Assembly: GCA_963842525.1 (NCBI GenBank)
Contig: CAWJGT010000025.1
Location: forward strand, 416,001-480,000
Reading direction: 5' to 3'
Origin: an uncultured Holophagales bacterium
GTDB lineage: Bacteria; Acidobacteriota; Thermoanaerobaculia; Multivoradales; UBA5704
Length of the DNA: 64,000 bases
Part shown: positions 49,148 through 59,109 of the stretch, one piece after another
Position numbering within the stretch: position 1 is the stretch's first letter
Layout of the letters: each line of letters opens with the position of its first letter
Notes under the pieces: generated by a model
The model's input: only the letters and a program-made list of their open reading frames with translations
What the model was told of the DNA's origin: nothing
Databases searched by the model: none
Translations under genes and position numbers: made by a program

Positions 49148-51232
49148 TCAGGCTCCCTTTCCCAGGGTGATGGTCTTTTCGCCGCGTCCGGCTTGATCGG
49201 AGAGCGCCCGGACGACGATCCGGGTGCCCGGCTCGGCACGCACCAGCCACTCGGCCTCGATCCGGCCGGACGTGCCATCCAGACGCTCGGAAGCGACCGC
49301 CGGCCGGCCGGTGATCAGCTCGACGCCCTTGCCGGTCTCCAGGGACAGCCGCACGGGACGGTGAAAGCGGCCCCGCTCGTCCATCTTGGTGTGGGTGGCG
49401 AGCCAGCCGCCGTTGCCGGCCACGGCCCGCACGCGCCAGACGCCGCCGCCCAGGGGCATGGCCTCCAGCGAGACGACCTCCAGCCGTGCCAGCTTGCCCG
49501 CCAGGTCGAGCACCGTGTCGGTGTGCGCTTCCAGGGCCGGCTTCAGGGCCGCCATCGGTGGCGCGACCTCGATGAAGGGATCGAGCCCGCCGGCCTCGGC
49601 CTTCGTGCCGTCCGGCAGGGTGACCGACTTCCAGGGAGTGAACGCCTCGGGCGCGTTCTTTTCGACCCAGGCGAGGACCTCGCGGTCGCGCTCATTGCCT
49701 GAATCGCCCTTGTCTCCGCCGCCTCCGCCCGCGCTCCCCCCGCCCATCTGGCGGATGCGCTCGACCATGGCCTTCGGGTCGACCTGGCCTCCCTTCATGA
49801 GCTCGACGACCCGCTGGGCGCTGAACTGGGCCGGCACCTTGTTGTCCTTGAGGAAGGTGGCGATCTTCTCCTCGCCGAGGGCGAGGAAGTCGTCCTTGCT
49901 CATAGCCGCCACCTTGTCGAGCGTCAGGGCGTCGCCGCTTCCCGCCTCGGCCTTCTTCTCGGCCTTGGGGACCCCCCAGACGTCGAGCTCCACTGCCATG
50001 GCGCCGTACTGGTAGTAGAGCCAGGGGGTGAAGCCGCCCTTGGCGTACTGGGCTGCCTGACGATCGGCCGACAGGCCGGCCTTCTTCAGACGCTCTTTGT
50101 ACCCCTCGGCCGCCTTCTCGAGATAGGCCTGGTCGGCCGGATCGACCTTGGTGGCGGCCCCGGCGCCGAGGAACTGGCCGACCTGCTCCTTGGTGACGTT
50201 GTTCTGCTTGACGAAGGGGAGGTTCTGGACCACCTCCCAGACCTGGTCCAGGGTGTACTCCTGCTCGGGATCGAGCCCCATGAACCGGGCCTGCTGCTCC
50301 GGCACCTTGAACTTCTGCGTCCCCAGGTCGCCGCCGCCGCCCAGGCTCTGCGGCATGGCCAGCAGGTTGTTGGCCGGGCCGTAGACCACGGCAAGGGCGA
50401 CGTTGCGGCGGCCGAGCAGGAAGTCCATGACAGCCCTGGACTCGGGCGCGTAGCTCGGCCAGGGGCCGGCCTCGGGGTCGGGATAGGGGAAGGCGTGGGC
50501 GAAGTTGCGGTCAGGCCAGACGCCGTCGGGGCCGTCCTCGTTCCAGGCGCCGTCGCGGTCGTCGTCCTTCCCTTCGGTCTCGATCCGGAACGCGCCCGGC
50601 CGCTCCTTCATGCCGTCGGCGCGGATCATCAGGCGGGGCTCGCCGGGATCGGGCAGCCAGCCGCCCGTGGCGTCGGGGATGCGCAGCCGGGAGATGATGC
50701 CGTCACCGTTCAGGTCGTCCGGCCCGTCCTCGCCTTCGAAGCCGTCGCGGTCGTGGTCGAGCTTGCCGCCATTGCCATTGCGACGTGCGCGCGGGGTGGA
50801 AAAAAGGCCGTCGTGGGCATCCGGGTTGAGCGCCGGGGCGATGTAGAACGTGCGCTCCTGGAGGAGCTTTTTGTCCCCGGCGAGCAGCTTGTCGATCAGA
50901 TGGAGCGCGGCTTCGGTCCCCGTGTTGTGCCAGCCTGCGAGATTGGCGCCGACGAAGACCGCCGGCCGCTCCTCGGGCGGGACCTGGCCAGGGGCGGCGA
51001 CCTGGGCCACCCAGATCGTCCGGCCGCCGGCCGATTTGCCGATGTCGACCAGCTTCAGCTCGGGATGGGAGCCGCTCCAGCCGCGGAGCTGCTGCTCGAC
51101 CTCGGCGAAGCGATGGTAGTCCTCATAGCTCACCGCGGCGCGGGCGGGCGCCCCCGCGGCCAGCAGGCCGAGAGCGGCGACCGCAATGACAGCGGCGCGC
51201 GCGGCGCGCAGGCGTGTAAAAGGGCCTTTCAA
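49148..51232 (-). CDS. M14 carboxypeptidase-like protein lacking zinc ligands
   Basis: GGAGGAGG RBS + TTG; IGKSAGGR, NPDA and DRNF present, but LAGW in place of HxxE and VYG in place of FH. Confidence 0.82.
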   Translation of the reverse strand: MKGPFTRLRAARAAVIAVAALGLLAAGAPARAAVSYEDYHRFAEVEQQLRGWSGSHPELKLVDIGKSAGGRTIWVAQVAAPGQVPPEERPAVFVGANLAGWHNTGTEAALHLIDKLLAGDKKLLQERTFYIAPALNPDAHDGLFSTPRARRNGNGGKLDHDRDGFEGEDGPDDLNGDGIISRLRIPDATGGWLPDPGEPRLMIRADGMKERPGAFRIETEGKDDDRDGAWNEDGPDGVWPDRNFAHAFPYPDPEAGPWPSYAPESRAVMDFLLGRRNVALAVVYGPANNLLAMPQSLGGGGDLGTQKFKVPEQQARFMGLDPEQEYTLDQVWEVVQNLPFVKQNNVTKEQVGQFLGAGAATKVDPADQAYLEKAAEGYKERLKKAGLSADRQAAQYAKGGFTPWLYYQYGAMAVELDVWGVPKAEKKAEAGSGDALTLDKVAAMSKDDFLALGEEKIATFLKDNKVPAQFSAQRVVELMKGGQVDPKAMVERIRQMGGGSAGGGGGDKGDSGNERDREVLAWVEKNAPEAFTPWKSVTLPDGTKAEAGGLDPFIEVAPPMAALKPALEAHTDTVLDLAGKLARLEVVSLEAMPLGGGVWRVRAVAGNGGWLATHTKMDERGRFHRPVRLSLETGKGVELITGRPAVASERLDGTSGRIEAEWLVRAEPGTRIVVRALSDQAGRGEKTITLGKGA

Positions 51233-51338
51233 CGTGCACCTCCTCCATTCGGGAAGCCCCTTCGAGTCCGGGGCGATAGATGGGGCTTCCACTATACGTT
51301 GAAGGAGGCGGAAAGTTGCAGGAAAGAGATCAAAACAC

Positions 51339-51364
51339 GACGGGCGGGGAAGATCCCCGCCCGT
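51339..51364 (-). terminator. Hairpin terminator of the lipoprotein gene
   Basis: ACGGGCGGGGA-AGA-TCCCCGCCCGT with T-rich tail on the minus strand. Confidence 0.6.
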
Positions 51365-51389
51365 AGATCGGATCGGAAAGGCCGAGGCC

Positions 51390-51671
51390 TTATTGCGGCG
51401 GCTTCTGCTCGGACGGGGGGTCCTGGTCGCCGTCGCGCGGCGGCTCGACGGTGATCTTGGGCACCTCGATCTCGCGCTTCTCGGTGGTGACGTCCACATC
51501 TGCGGCGTCGACGTCGTACTCGGGTACCTTGCCGCCCTCGACCGAAACGTCGACATCGGGCACTTCGCCTTCCTGGGTCTGGCGGACCCGGCAGGCGCCG
51601 GAGACGCTCGCCACGAAGAGGGCGAGCAGCAGGATCAGGGACTTCCAGGCCGACTTCTTGGACAGGTTCAT
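51390..51671 (-). CDS. Small acidic lipoprotein
   Basis: AAGGAGG RBS; lipobox-like VSGAC; QTQEGEVPDVDVSVEGGKVPEYDV. Confidence 0.85.
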   Translation of the reverse strand: MNLSKKSAWKSLILLLALFVASVSGACRVRQTQEGEVPDVDVSVEGGKVPEYDVDAADVDVTTEKREIEVPKITVEPPRDGDQDPPSEQKPPQ

Positions 51672-51802
51672 GATGTCCTCCTTGGTCTTTTCCTGAGGTG
51701 TTGTTCCCTCGTTTCCTTCTCGCTTTTCGTCCCCTCTGAGCGGCCCCACACACATCCCGGATTTGCTCTTGTCAGGGGGTACTGCTTCGGTCCTGAGTCC
51801 AC

Positions 51803-51818
51803 TGCAAGGGCCGTTCCA
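51803..51818 (-). promoter_or_regulatory. Sigma54 -24/-12 promoter
   Basis: Minus strand TGGAACGGCCCTTGCA. Confidence 0.65.
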
Positions 51819-51842
51819 ACTCCGGGTCTGTGAGGCCAGGCG

Positions 51843-52473
51843 TCAGGACCTGCGGGCGTGCCGCGGGACGTCGAGAGTGGAGTACTCCAGCTCCTCGCCG
51901 GCCTGCACCGCCTTGAGGAGGACCGAGCCGCGGCTCATGTCGCCACGGCCCACGAAACAGCGGGGAAAGACCAGCCGGTCGCCGAAGACCGGCAGAAGGA
52001 GCTCGACGTACTTGCCCGTGGCGATGCTGCCGAGGAGCACCACCCGGGAGGAGGGTGACAGGCGCTCGCGGAGCGCCTGGGCGTGGTCGCGCAACGGCTC
52101 GCGATAGGCGCGGCTCTCGACGTCCACCGGGGTGCTGCGGAGGATCTCCATGCGCTCTTCGGTGATCGGCCAGCTCGGGAGCACCAGGCCGAAACCTGAG
52201 GTGATGACGAAGACGCTGCCCTCCAGTTGCGCGGAGGAGAGATCCGGCGGCGGCGCGGCGAAATGCCGGGCATAGGCGATCTTGCCGCGGAAATAGAGGG
52301 AAGCTCAGGAAGGTGAAGGCCTCCGCGATCGGAACCCCCTCGGGGCTGCGGAGCTGCCGGGCCGCCGCGAAGCCGGCGTCCGGATCCAGGAGCTGCCGCG
52401 CGCGCTCTCCGGACAGGCTGGCGGGCGAGAGGAGGAAGATCTTGTGGTCGCGGTGGTCGCGGGAGGCACCCAT
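51843..52473 (-). CDS. Conserved hypothetical protein, frameshifted at about 52301
   Basis: IFLLSPASLSGERA..FTFLS|SLYFRGKIAYA..VLLGSIATGKYV..FVGRGDMSRG becomes continuous after removing one base at GAAGCTC. Confidence 0.75.
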
Positions 52474-52532
52474 GCCGTTCTGGGAAACGGAGACGGGACG
52501 TTCCGCATTCCCGGAAGTTGGCCTGCTCTGGG

Positions 52533-52612
52533 AAAGGACACCAAGGACACCAGGGACAGCAAGGACACCCCTCCTGTCGTCCTTGGTGTCCTTGCTGTCC
52601 CTGCTGTCCTTT
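52533..52612. repeat. Inverted pair of 9-bp tandem arrays
   Basis: (ARGGACASC)x4 - spacer - (GTCCYTGST)x4. Confidence 0.85.
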
Positions 52613-52613
52613 C

Positions 52614-52841
52614 CTACTCCCCCTCCTCCTCAAGGCTCTGGACGATCTGGGTGACCTCGACCTCGGCCTTGCGGATCTTGCCGCGGCAGAGCTCGAGGAG
52701 CTGCGCGGCGCGGCGGAGCTCTTCGGCGAGCCGGTCGATGTCGATCTCTTCGCCTTCGATCCGCTCGAGGATGCCTTCCAGCTCCTCCATGGCCTCGCGG
52801 AAGCTCAAGGCGGTTTCACTGGATGGGGTCGGTTCGGTCAT
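52614..52841 (-). CDS. xseB: Exodeoxyribonuclease VII small subunit
   Basis: SFREAMEELEGILERIEGEEIDID..LLELCRGKIRKAE; coupled to xseA. Confidence 0.92.
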   Translation of the reverse strand: MTEPTPSSETALSFREAMEELEGILERIEGEEIDIDRLAEELRRAAQLLELCRGKIRKAEVEVTQIVQSLEEEGE

Positions 52842-54230
52842 GGTTCCTCCACGCGGCTCTTGAGGCTCCCGCCGGAGAGCTGGGTGATGATGGTGTCGCC
52901 GGGTTGGGCCTGCTCCGTGCCCCGGAGGAGCGCGCCCGCTGCGGTGCGGGTGATGCTGAAGCCCCGCTCCAGCGTCCGCTGGGGCGCGAGCTGGACGCTC
53001 AGGCGCTCCAGGCCCTGGAGCGTCGCCCGGGTCTCGCGCAGCTTGGCGCGCGCTCCCGCGGCCACCCGCTCGCCCAGCCGGTGCCGCTCGCGAGCTTCGC
53101 TCTCCAGGCGGCGGGGCGCTGCCTCGGCGAGACGGCCGCGCAGCTCGGCCTGCCGGCGTTCGGCCTGGCGCAGGGCGGAGCGTCCGAGCCGGGCGAGCGC
53201 GCGGGCGTGCTCGTCAATGCGGCTGCCGGCCGCGGCGAGGCGCAGGCGCGCGAGGCTCACGCCCCGCTCGGCCCGGCCGAGGGCCTCGCGGCCGGCGCGC
53301 AGGGGCTCCAGGGCCTCGCGCAGCAGCCGGCGGCGGAGCTCGTCGAGCGCCAGCTCCTGGCGGGCCACCTGCTCGATCAGGAACTCGGCGACCTTGGTCG
53401 GGGTCTTCAAAGAGGTGTGCGCCACCAGGTCGGCGATCGCCTGATCGATCTCGTGGCCGAGGCCGGTGAGGACCGGGAACGGGGCGCGGGCGATCGCCTC
53501 GGCGATGGCCCGGCTGTCGAACACCGCGAGGTCGCTGCGCGAGCCGCCGCCGCGGATCAGCACCGCGCAGTCGATCGGCAGGCCGGCGAGCGACGCCAGG
53601 GCCGAGACCACCTCACGCTCCGCATCCCGCCCCTGCACCGAGGCGTGCACGAAGAGCACGCGGAAGCCGTAGCCGCTCTCCCGCAGCCCTGAGAGGAAGT
53701 CGTGGTAGGCGGCGCTGCCGTGGGAGGTGATGAGGGCGATCGACAGCGGCAGGTCGGAGAGCGGCAGGGCCCGGTTCCTCTCCAGCAGGCCGGCCGCGGC
53801 GAGCGCCGCCAGCGTCTCGCGGCGCCGGATCTCCAAAAGCCCCAGGGTGAAGGTCGGATCGACCTCGCGGATGCAGAGCTGGAGCCGGCCGCCGGGGCCG
53901 TAGAAGTCGAGACTGGCGCGACAGCGGATCTGCATGCCGTCGCCGAGCTGCTGGCCGGTCTCCCCGAGCATCCGCCGCACGCGCTGGAAGTCGCCCTTCC
54001 AGATCACCGCGTCGAGCTTACCGACGATCTCGTCGCGCTCCCCCTTCTCGACCAGCTCGAAGTAGAGATGGCCGCGGGCGCTCGGGCGGACGCGCTGCGC
54101 CTCCCCGGCTACCCAGACCGAGGAGAACGCCTCGCCCAGGAAGTCGCGGATCTCCCCGCAGAGCTGGGCGACGCTGTACGTGGGCTCGGCGAACGGGAAG
54201 CTCGAGGTTCAGGGGGGCGGTCCCTCTCAA
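52838..54230 (-). CDS. xseA: Exodeoxyribonuclease VII large subunit; frameshift near the 5' end (about 54198), start approximate
   Basis: YSVAQLC..VWVAGE..GHLYFELVE OB-fold upstream of the called ORF; ITSHGSAAYHDF, IRGGGS, TGLGHEID, TPT, LERGFS. Confidence 0.9.
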
Positions 54231-54235
54231 GGGTC

Positions 54236-54772
54236 TCAATGGTAGGACTTGAGCTCTTTGGTCGAGCCGAGCGGGATCGATTCCGCCCATTCGACCGCCT
54301 TCTTGTCCTGGCCGGTCAGCTTGCCGAGGAAGTCGACGGCCTCCTCGCGCTCGCGGAACAGCCGCCAGATAAAGGTGTGGCCGGCCGGGGCGGTGAAGTA
54401 GGTGAAGCTCTTGGCACCATGGCTGCTCAGGTCGAAGCCCAGGTTGGGCTCGCCGTTGACCCCCACGCAGGCGACCGCGATGGCGCGCCACGCCAGGGCC
54501 AGCGCCTTGATCGCGTCCTCGTAGTCGGCCAGCTCCTCGCGCGACAGCGGCGAGTGGTAAACCGAGATCCGCGAGCCGTCCTCCTCCGCCAGCAGGTTGT
54601 ACGGGATGTCGTGGCGGTCCATGGCGTCCTTCGTCTCGCTGGTGGTCACGAAGACGTCCTCGGAGCCGACGACCTTGTAGGTGATCGCGTAGACTTCCTT
54701 CTCGATCTGCGAAAAGGACTCGGCGAGGATGCTCTCATCCTCGATCGTGAAGTAGTACAGGCGGTTCATCAT
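54236..54772 (-). CDS. Hypothetical protein
   Basis: MMNRLYYFTIEDESILAESF..; typical codon usage, no recognised domain. Confidence 0.75.
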   Translation of the reverse strand: MMNRLYYFTIEDESILAESFSQIEKEVYAITYKVVGSEDVFVTTSETKDAMDRHDIPYNLLAEEDGSRISVYHSPLSREELADYEDAIKALALAWRAIAVACVGVNGEPNLGFDLSSHGAKSFTYFTAPAGHTFIWRLFREREEAVDFLGKLTGQDKKAVEWAESIPLGSTKELKSYH

Positions 54773-54827
54773 GCGTCGTGCCATGCGGCAGGATCTCCAG
54801 GCGCCCAAGGCGCAGAATTTTCAATAT

Positions 54828-54861
54828 TATCAGGTGAGACTATCAGGTCGGACTATCAGGT
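54828..54861. promoter_or_regulatory. Three direct repeats of TATCAGGT with 13-bp period
   Basis: At 54828, 54841 and 54854; overlaps a TGnTAATAT-like -10 on the minus strand. Confidence 0.5.
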
Positions 54862-55439
54862 CAGCCCCGTCTCTCGAGCACGAGACCGAGGAGCAGCCCC
54901 GCGGCGGCCCCGCCGAAGTGGGCGGCGTTGTCGATCCCCGGCGTCGTCAGGCCGAAGACGACGTTGATCCCGGCCCACAGCACGAGCTGCCCCAGGATCG
55001 ACCGTCCAGCCGGGCTCAGCATGTCCCTCCGCCGCAGCAGGAAGGCGATCAGCGCGCCGATCAGGCCGAAGATCGCGCCCGAGGCGCCGGCGCTCAACCC
55101 CCGGCTCCATAGAAGGCTGGCCAACGAGCCGGCCACGCCGCTCACCAGGAAGACGAGGAGCAACTGGAGCGATCCCAGCCACGTCTCGTACAGCGTGCCG
55201 AGCTGGAAGAGCGCCCAGCCGTTGAGCAGCAGGTGGACGATCCCGATGTGCAGGAAGACGCTGGTCAGCAGCCGCCACCACTGCCCCTCGCCCCAGATCA
55301 GGGGCGCGTAGTTGGCGCCCACGGACACCAGCACGCGCTGGTCCGTCGAGCCGCCGGCCAGGGTCTCCACCAGGAACCCCGCGCCGATCGCGAGGAGCAG
55401 AAAGATGGTGACCGGAGGGTACCGGAAGACGCGAGCCAT
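54861..55439 (-). CDS. Rhomboid family intramembrane serine protease
   Basis: WWRLLTSVFLH, HLLLN, GASG, AHFGG. Confidence 0.93.
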   Translation of the reverse strand: MARVFRYPPVTIFLLLAIGAGFLVETLAGGSTDQRVLVSVGANYAPLIWGEGQWWRLLTSVFLHIGIVHLLLNGWALFQLGTLYETWLGSLQLLLVFLVSGVAGSLASLLWSRGLSAGASGAIFGLIGALIAFLLRRRDMLSPAGRSILGQLVLWAGINVVFGLTTPGIDNAAHFGGAAAGLLLGLVLERRG

Positions 55440-55454
55440 CGAGGCGGTCCCGGG

Positions 55455-56120
55455 CTACGCGCCCGCGCTCCTCAGATAGGCGTCGAGGCGCTGCCGATCC
55501 TCCGGCGTGAGCTCGCCGTTCTCCAGCAGGAAGGATTCGCCCGCCGCCGGCAGCGGGACGACCGCCCGCGACAGGGACCGCTCCAGAGAGGGGCAATCCA
55601 GCGAGGTCAGGGGGAGGGCCGAGACGCCGTCGCAGACCTCGACGATCCGCCGGCCGACCCCGCTCTCGATCCTGACCCTGACCCGCTCGGGAAGCTGCTC
55701 GAGAGTGACCAGATAGCCCTCTGCGACCCTGCGGAGCCGCACACGCCCCTGAAGGGTGACGGCTTGCGGCGGCACGGTCACCTCGTCCTGGAGCCGGGTC
55801 GACACCCCGCCGACGTCGACGTCGGCGACCAGCCAGCCGCGGCCGGCGAACTCGATCCGCAGGTCCGCGCTGTGGCTGCCGCCGATGCCAGGCTCCAGCC
55901 GCAGCGCGTGGTTGCGCAGGACCAGGGTGCTGCGCGGCGCCGAGAGCCGGACCGTCACCGGCCCCTCGACGACCGGCTGGAGCTCCGGCGCGACGTCGGG
56001 ATATTGGCGGTTCAGCCGGTCGAACCGGAGCTCGCCGGGCACCTGCGCCGCGGCCCCTGTCAGGACGAGGGAACCCACGAGGAGCAGGGCGGACATGCAG
56101 ATGACGAGGGTACGCTTCAC
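55455..56120 (-). CDS. Secreted hypothetical protein
   Basis: Signal MKRTLVICMSALLLVGSLVLTGAAA; beta-rich; Cys pair. Confidence 0.7.
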   Translation of the reverse strand: MKRTLVICMSALLLVGSLVLTGAAAQVPGELRFDRLNRQYPDVAPELQPVVEGPVTVRLSAPRSTLVLRNHALRLEPGIGGSHSADLRIEFAGRGWLVADVDVGGVSTRLQDEVTVPPQAVTLQGRVRLRRVAEGYLVTLEQLPERVRVRIESGVGRRIVEVCDGVSALPLTSLDCPSLERSLSRAVVPLPAAGESFLLENGELTPEDRQRLDAYLRSAGA

Positions 56121-56241
56121 GGCTGCGGTCTCCAGACGGGTAAACGGAAGGTGGCGTGAAAAGCTTCCCTTGGGTGGAAAACTTGCAACGCCTGGCCGCC
56201 GTGTCCCCAGGAGAAGCCTCGCAGACCCGAGGGGATACTGC

Positions 56242-56257
56242 TGGCACGGCTCTTGCC
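56242..56257 (+). promoter_or_regulatory. Sigma54 -24/-12 promoter
   Basis: TGGCACGGCTCTTGCC, near-perfect consensus. Confidence 0.75.
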
Positions 56258-56365
56258 CTACAGAGTCGGCGGAGGCGGGTCGGCGATGCGATGTTCCGCA
56301 ACGGGAGGTGGGCTCTGGACATCGCCGATCGTCCCTCCTTTTTTTGTTTTCAGAAAGGAGCTCCT

Positions 56366-56779
56366 ATGGCGACGATTGAAACCCTGGAAGCACGGAGCGG
56401 CAACAAGCTCCTCGACAATTTGGGAAGCCTTCGCGAGCGCGGCCTGGACAGCCTGAAGGGCCTGAAGCGTGGAAACATCAACCTCGGCAAAATCGAGCGC
56501 GTGGCCTCGGTGCTGGGTGGAGCGGCCCTCGCGGCCTGGGCGCTGAAGCGCCGCAGCAAGGGGACGCTCGGGCTCGCCCTGGCCGGGCTGCCGTTCGTCT
56601 GGCGTGGCGCCACCGGCCACTGCGCCCTCTACGATCGGCTGGGGATCGACCGCACTCACAGCAATGGCCAGCACACGGCCGGGCACCACGAGGGTGGCCT
56701 CGCACCGACCGGTGGGGAGACCCGCTCGAGCTCGTCCACCGCGCCCGGCGGGCTGCTGGGGCAAGAGCAGAGCTTCTAA
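56366..56779 (+). CDS. DUF2892 (YgaP-like) membrane protein
   Basis: GAAAGGAG RBS; NLGKIERVASVLGG..RGATGHCALYDRLGI. Confidence 0.82.
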   Translation: MATIETLEARSGNKLLDNLGSLRERGLDSLKGLKRGNINLGKIERVASVLGGAALAAWALKRRSKGTLGLALAGLPFVWRGATGHCALYDRLGIDRTHSNGQHTAGHHEGGLAPTGGETRSSSSTAPGGLLGQEQSF

Positions 56780-56783
56780 AAAA

Positions 56784-56825
56784 CCCTCACCCCTGGCCCC
56801 TCTCCCGCCGCACGCGGGAGAGGGG
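56784..56825. repeat. CCCTCACCCC/GGGAGAGGG-family REP
   Basis: CCCTCACCCCTGGCCCCTCTCCCGCCGCACGCGGGAGAGGGG between convergent genes. Confidence 0.8.
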
Positions 56826-56836
56826 AAGGGACACCC

Positions 56837-58144
56837 TCAGCGGGAGCCGGCTTCGAGCTCGACGTCGAGCTCGACCTCTTCACCCGCTTCGACCTCGAAG
56901 TCCCGCTCCTCGGGCCGGTGGCCGGGGCGGACCACGGCGAGGTGGTGCTTGCCGGCGTCGACCGCGAGGCCGCGGCGCAGACCGCCGAGCTCCTCGCCGG
57001 TGCCAACGAAGCGGCCGTCGAGATAGACCGAGGCATCGTCGGGCTCGATGTCCAGGACCAGCCGGCCGCGCGCATCGCTCCGCGTCTCGTCCCGCTGCTC
57101 GCGGCCATCCTCGTCGGCCTCGCCGGCGTCGCGACTGTCGCGGCGGTGCTCGCGGGCGCGATTCCGCCACTCCTCCATCCTGGCCTCGTCGTCCTCGTCG
57201 TCCTCGTCGTCGTAGGCCGGCCGGCCGCGCTCCAGGCGCTCGCGGCGCTCCCCCTCGTAGCGGAGGCGCTCGTCGCGCCGCTCGTGCGACTTCGAGGCGA
57301 GATCCTCGGGCTTCACCGACGTGCCGCGTTCCATCCGGTCATCGATGTCGATCACCATGCCCGGCGAGACCGAGATCTGGCGCGCCAGGGTGCTGAAGCC
57401 GTCGAGATAGAAGACGACGTCATAGGTGCCCCGGGGGAGCCAGAGGTACTGCGGGAAGCCGTCGTAGGCGTCGACCTTGCCGTAGTAGCGGCCGTCGATG
57501 TGGACCTCGGTCCGGCCGGGGTAGACGTCCAGGTCGAGGGCGCCATAGCGGTCCTGGCGGTAGCCGTAGCCGCGGTCGTAGTAGGGGTCGCGGTAGTACG
57601 GTGCGCGGTCGTACCAGTAGTAGTCGTCGTACCACCAGCCGATCGCGAAATTCGCCCAGAAGCCGCCCCAGTACGGTCCGCGATAACCCCAGTACGGATC
57701 GTAGCGCCAGGACCCGCCGTGGTGGCCGCCGCCATGGCCGCCACGGTTGTTGCGGCCGCTGTGCGGGCGCTGGCGATGCGCCTCGTCGACCTCACCGGGG
57801 GAGACCGGTACAGCGGTGCGAGGGCCGCGTCCGCGCGACGAGGTGCTCGACTCGCCGCCGGACGACGGCTCGCTGGATTCACCACCGCCGCCCGAGGACG
57901 AACGGGGCTCGACCCTTTGTGCCGGGCCCGACCAGCCTGAAGAGGACCCCCCTGAAGAGGAGGACGAATCGCCGCCGGACGGGGCCGCGGTCCGGGGAGC
58001 AGGGGAGTCGCTGGAATCGCTCGGCCGGGAGCTGCCGCGGTCCTGGGCGAGGAGAGAGCTGCCCGCCGCGAGCAGCAAGGCGGCCAGCAGCACCGGGGGC
58101 GAGCTCACCTTACGGAGCTGTACGGCTGCTCGTCGCAGAGTCAT
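56837..58144 (-). CDS. Secreted protein with two PEGA domains and a Tyr/Trp-rich low-complexity segment
   Basis: LDVYPGRTEVHIDGRYYG and LDIEPDDASVYLDGRFVG. Confidence 0.85.
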   Translation of the reverse strand: MTLRRAAVQLRKVSSPPVLLAALLLAAGSSLLAQDRGSSRPSDSSDSPAPRTAAPSGGDSSSSSGGSSSGWSGPAQRVEPRSSSGGGGESSEPSSGGESSTSSRGRGPRTAVPVSPGEVDEAHRQRPHSGRNNRGGHGGGHHGGSWRYDPYWGYRGPYWGGFWANFAIGWWYDDYYWYDRAPYYRDPYYDRGYGYRQDRYGALDLDVYPGRTEVHIDGRYYGKVDAYDGFPQYLWLPRGTYDVVFYLDGFSTLARQISVSPGMVIDIDDRMERGTSVKPEDLASKSHERRDERLRYEGERRERLERGRPAYDDEDDEDDEARMEEWRNRAREHRRDSRDAGEADEDGREQRDETRSDARGRLVLDIEPDDASVYLDGRFVGTGEELGGLRRGLAVDAGKHHLAVVRPGHRPEERDFEVEAGEEVELDVELEAGSR

Positions 58145-59081
58145 GGATGTGATCCTCCTTGATCAAGTCCGCGCCGGCATCTGACCAGGCGCGGTGCAGG
58201 CCCCGAATGTAGTGGTACCGGAGCGTTTCCTCCCACAGCTTCGGGACTCTGACAGGCAAGTTTTGCAAAGCGCGCACCAGCCTTTCACGCCACTGCTGAG
58301 GCCCCTCCGGAGGGAGGGGGGGAGGGCCTCCCGGACCGATCCCGAGGAACGGTCCGAGCTCCGGATGGAGCCGGTAGAAGACCACGGCGCAGTAGCCCGC
58401 CTTCTCCTGCCGCGCGGCGAAGCGCTCCAGGTCGGTCGGATGGTCGTGCGCCACGGTCGCCGCCGGCTCGTAGACCAGCCGCATCCCCCGCTTCCTCAGA
58501 CGGTAGGCGACCTCGATATCTTCCCATGCCGCATAGGGAAAACGAAGATCGAACGGCTCGGCGAGCAGCAGGTCGCGGGCGAGCGAGAGATTGGACGTGT
58601 AGAAGAAGTTGAAAGGGACGTCCTCCCGGTCCTTGATCAGGGCGTAGCCGAACTGGAGGCCGTGCTCGTTGATGTGCCGGAGGAAGGGGTTGAGGCGCAT
58701 CCGGCGGTGCCATCCGGTGTAGCCGATGACCGCCACGCGAAGGTCGTCGCCGCGCTGGCGGTGGGCCTCGCGATGAGTCTTGAGCCATCCGGCGGAAGGG
58801 ACGGTGTCGTCCCCCAGAAAGGCCACCCAACTCCCCTGCGCCACGGCCACGCCGGTGTTGCGTGCCGCGGCCGGTCCGCGGTTCTCCTGGGTGAGGATGC
58901 GCAGCGGCACCTGGAAGGTCCGGCTGCGCAGCCAGTCGCTCGTGCCGTCGGTCGATCCGTCGTCCACCACGACCACCTCGAACGGCGGCGGCGCGTGCTG
59001 GAACTCCAGCGCCTGGATCACCTCCGCCAGCGCTTCGAGGCGGTTGTGCGTGGGAATGACGACGGAGACGTCGACCGCCAT
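58110..59081 (-). CDS. Glycosyltransferase family 2
   Basis: VSVVIPTHN, VVDDGSTD, ARNTG, WEDIE. Confidence 0.9.
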   Translation of the reverse strand: MAVDVSVVIPTHNRLEALAEVIQALEFQHAPPPFEVVVVDDGSTDGTSDWLRSRTFQVPLRILTQENRGPAAARNTGVAVAQGSWVAFLGDDTVPSAGWLKTHREAHRQRGDDLRVAVIGYTGWHRRMRLNPFLRHINEHGLQFGYALIKDREDVPFNFFYTSNLSLARDLLLAEPFDLRFPYAAWEDIEVAYRLRKRGMRLVYEPAATVAHDHPTDLERFAARQEKAGYCAVVFYRLHPELGPFLGIGPGGPPPLPPEGPQQWRERLVRALQNLPVRVPKLWEETLRYHYIRGLHRAWSDAGADLIKEDHIHDSATSSRTAP

Positions 59082-59109
59082 GGGGACAGCTTATACCGCG
59101 GACCGTGGG

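Noticed and set aside
52838-54230. True pseudogenisation or programmed frameshifting of xseA and four other genes
   Set aside because: All breaks share one motif (GAGCTC +1) with otherwise intact frames; best explained as sequencing artefact
57180-57720. Short tandem repeats (GTC)n and GTA-rich tracts
   Set aside because: Explained by Asp/Glu-rich and Tyr-rich low-complexity coding in the PEGA protein
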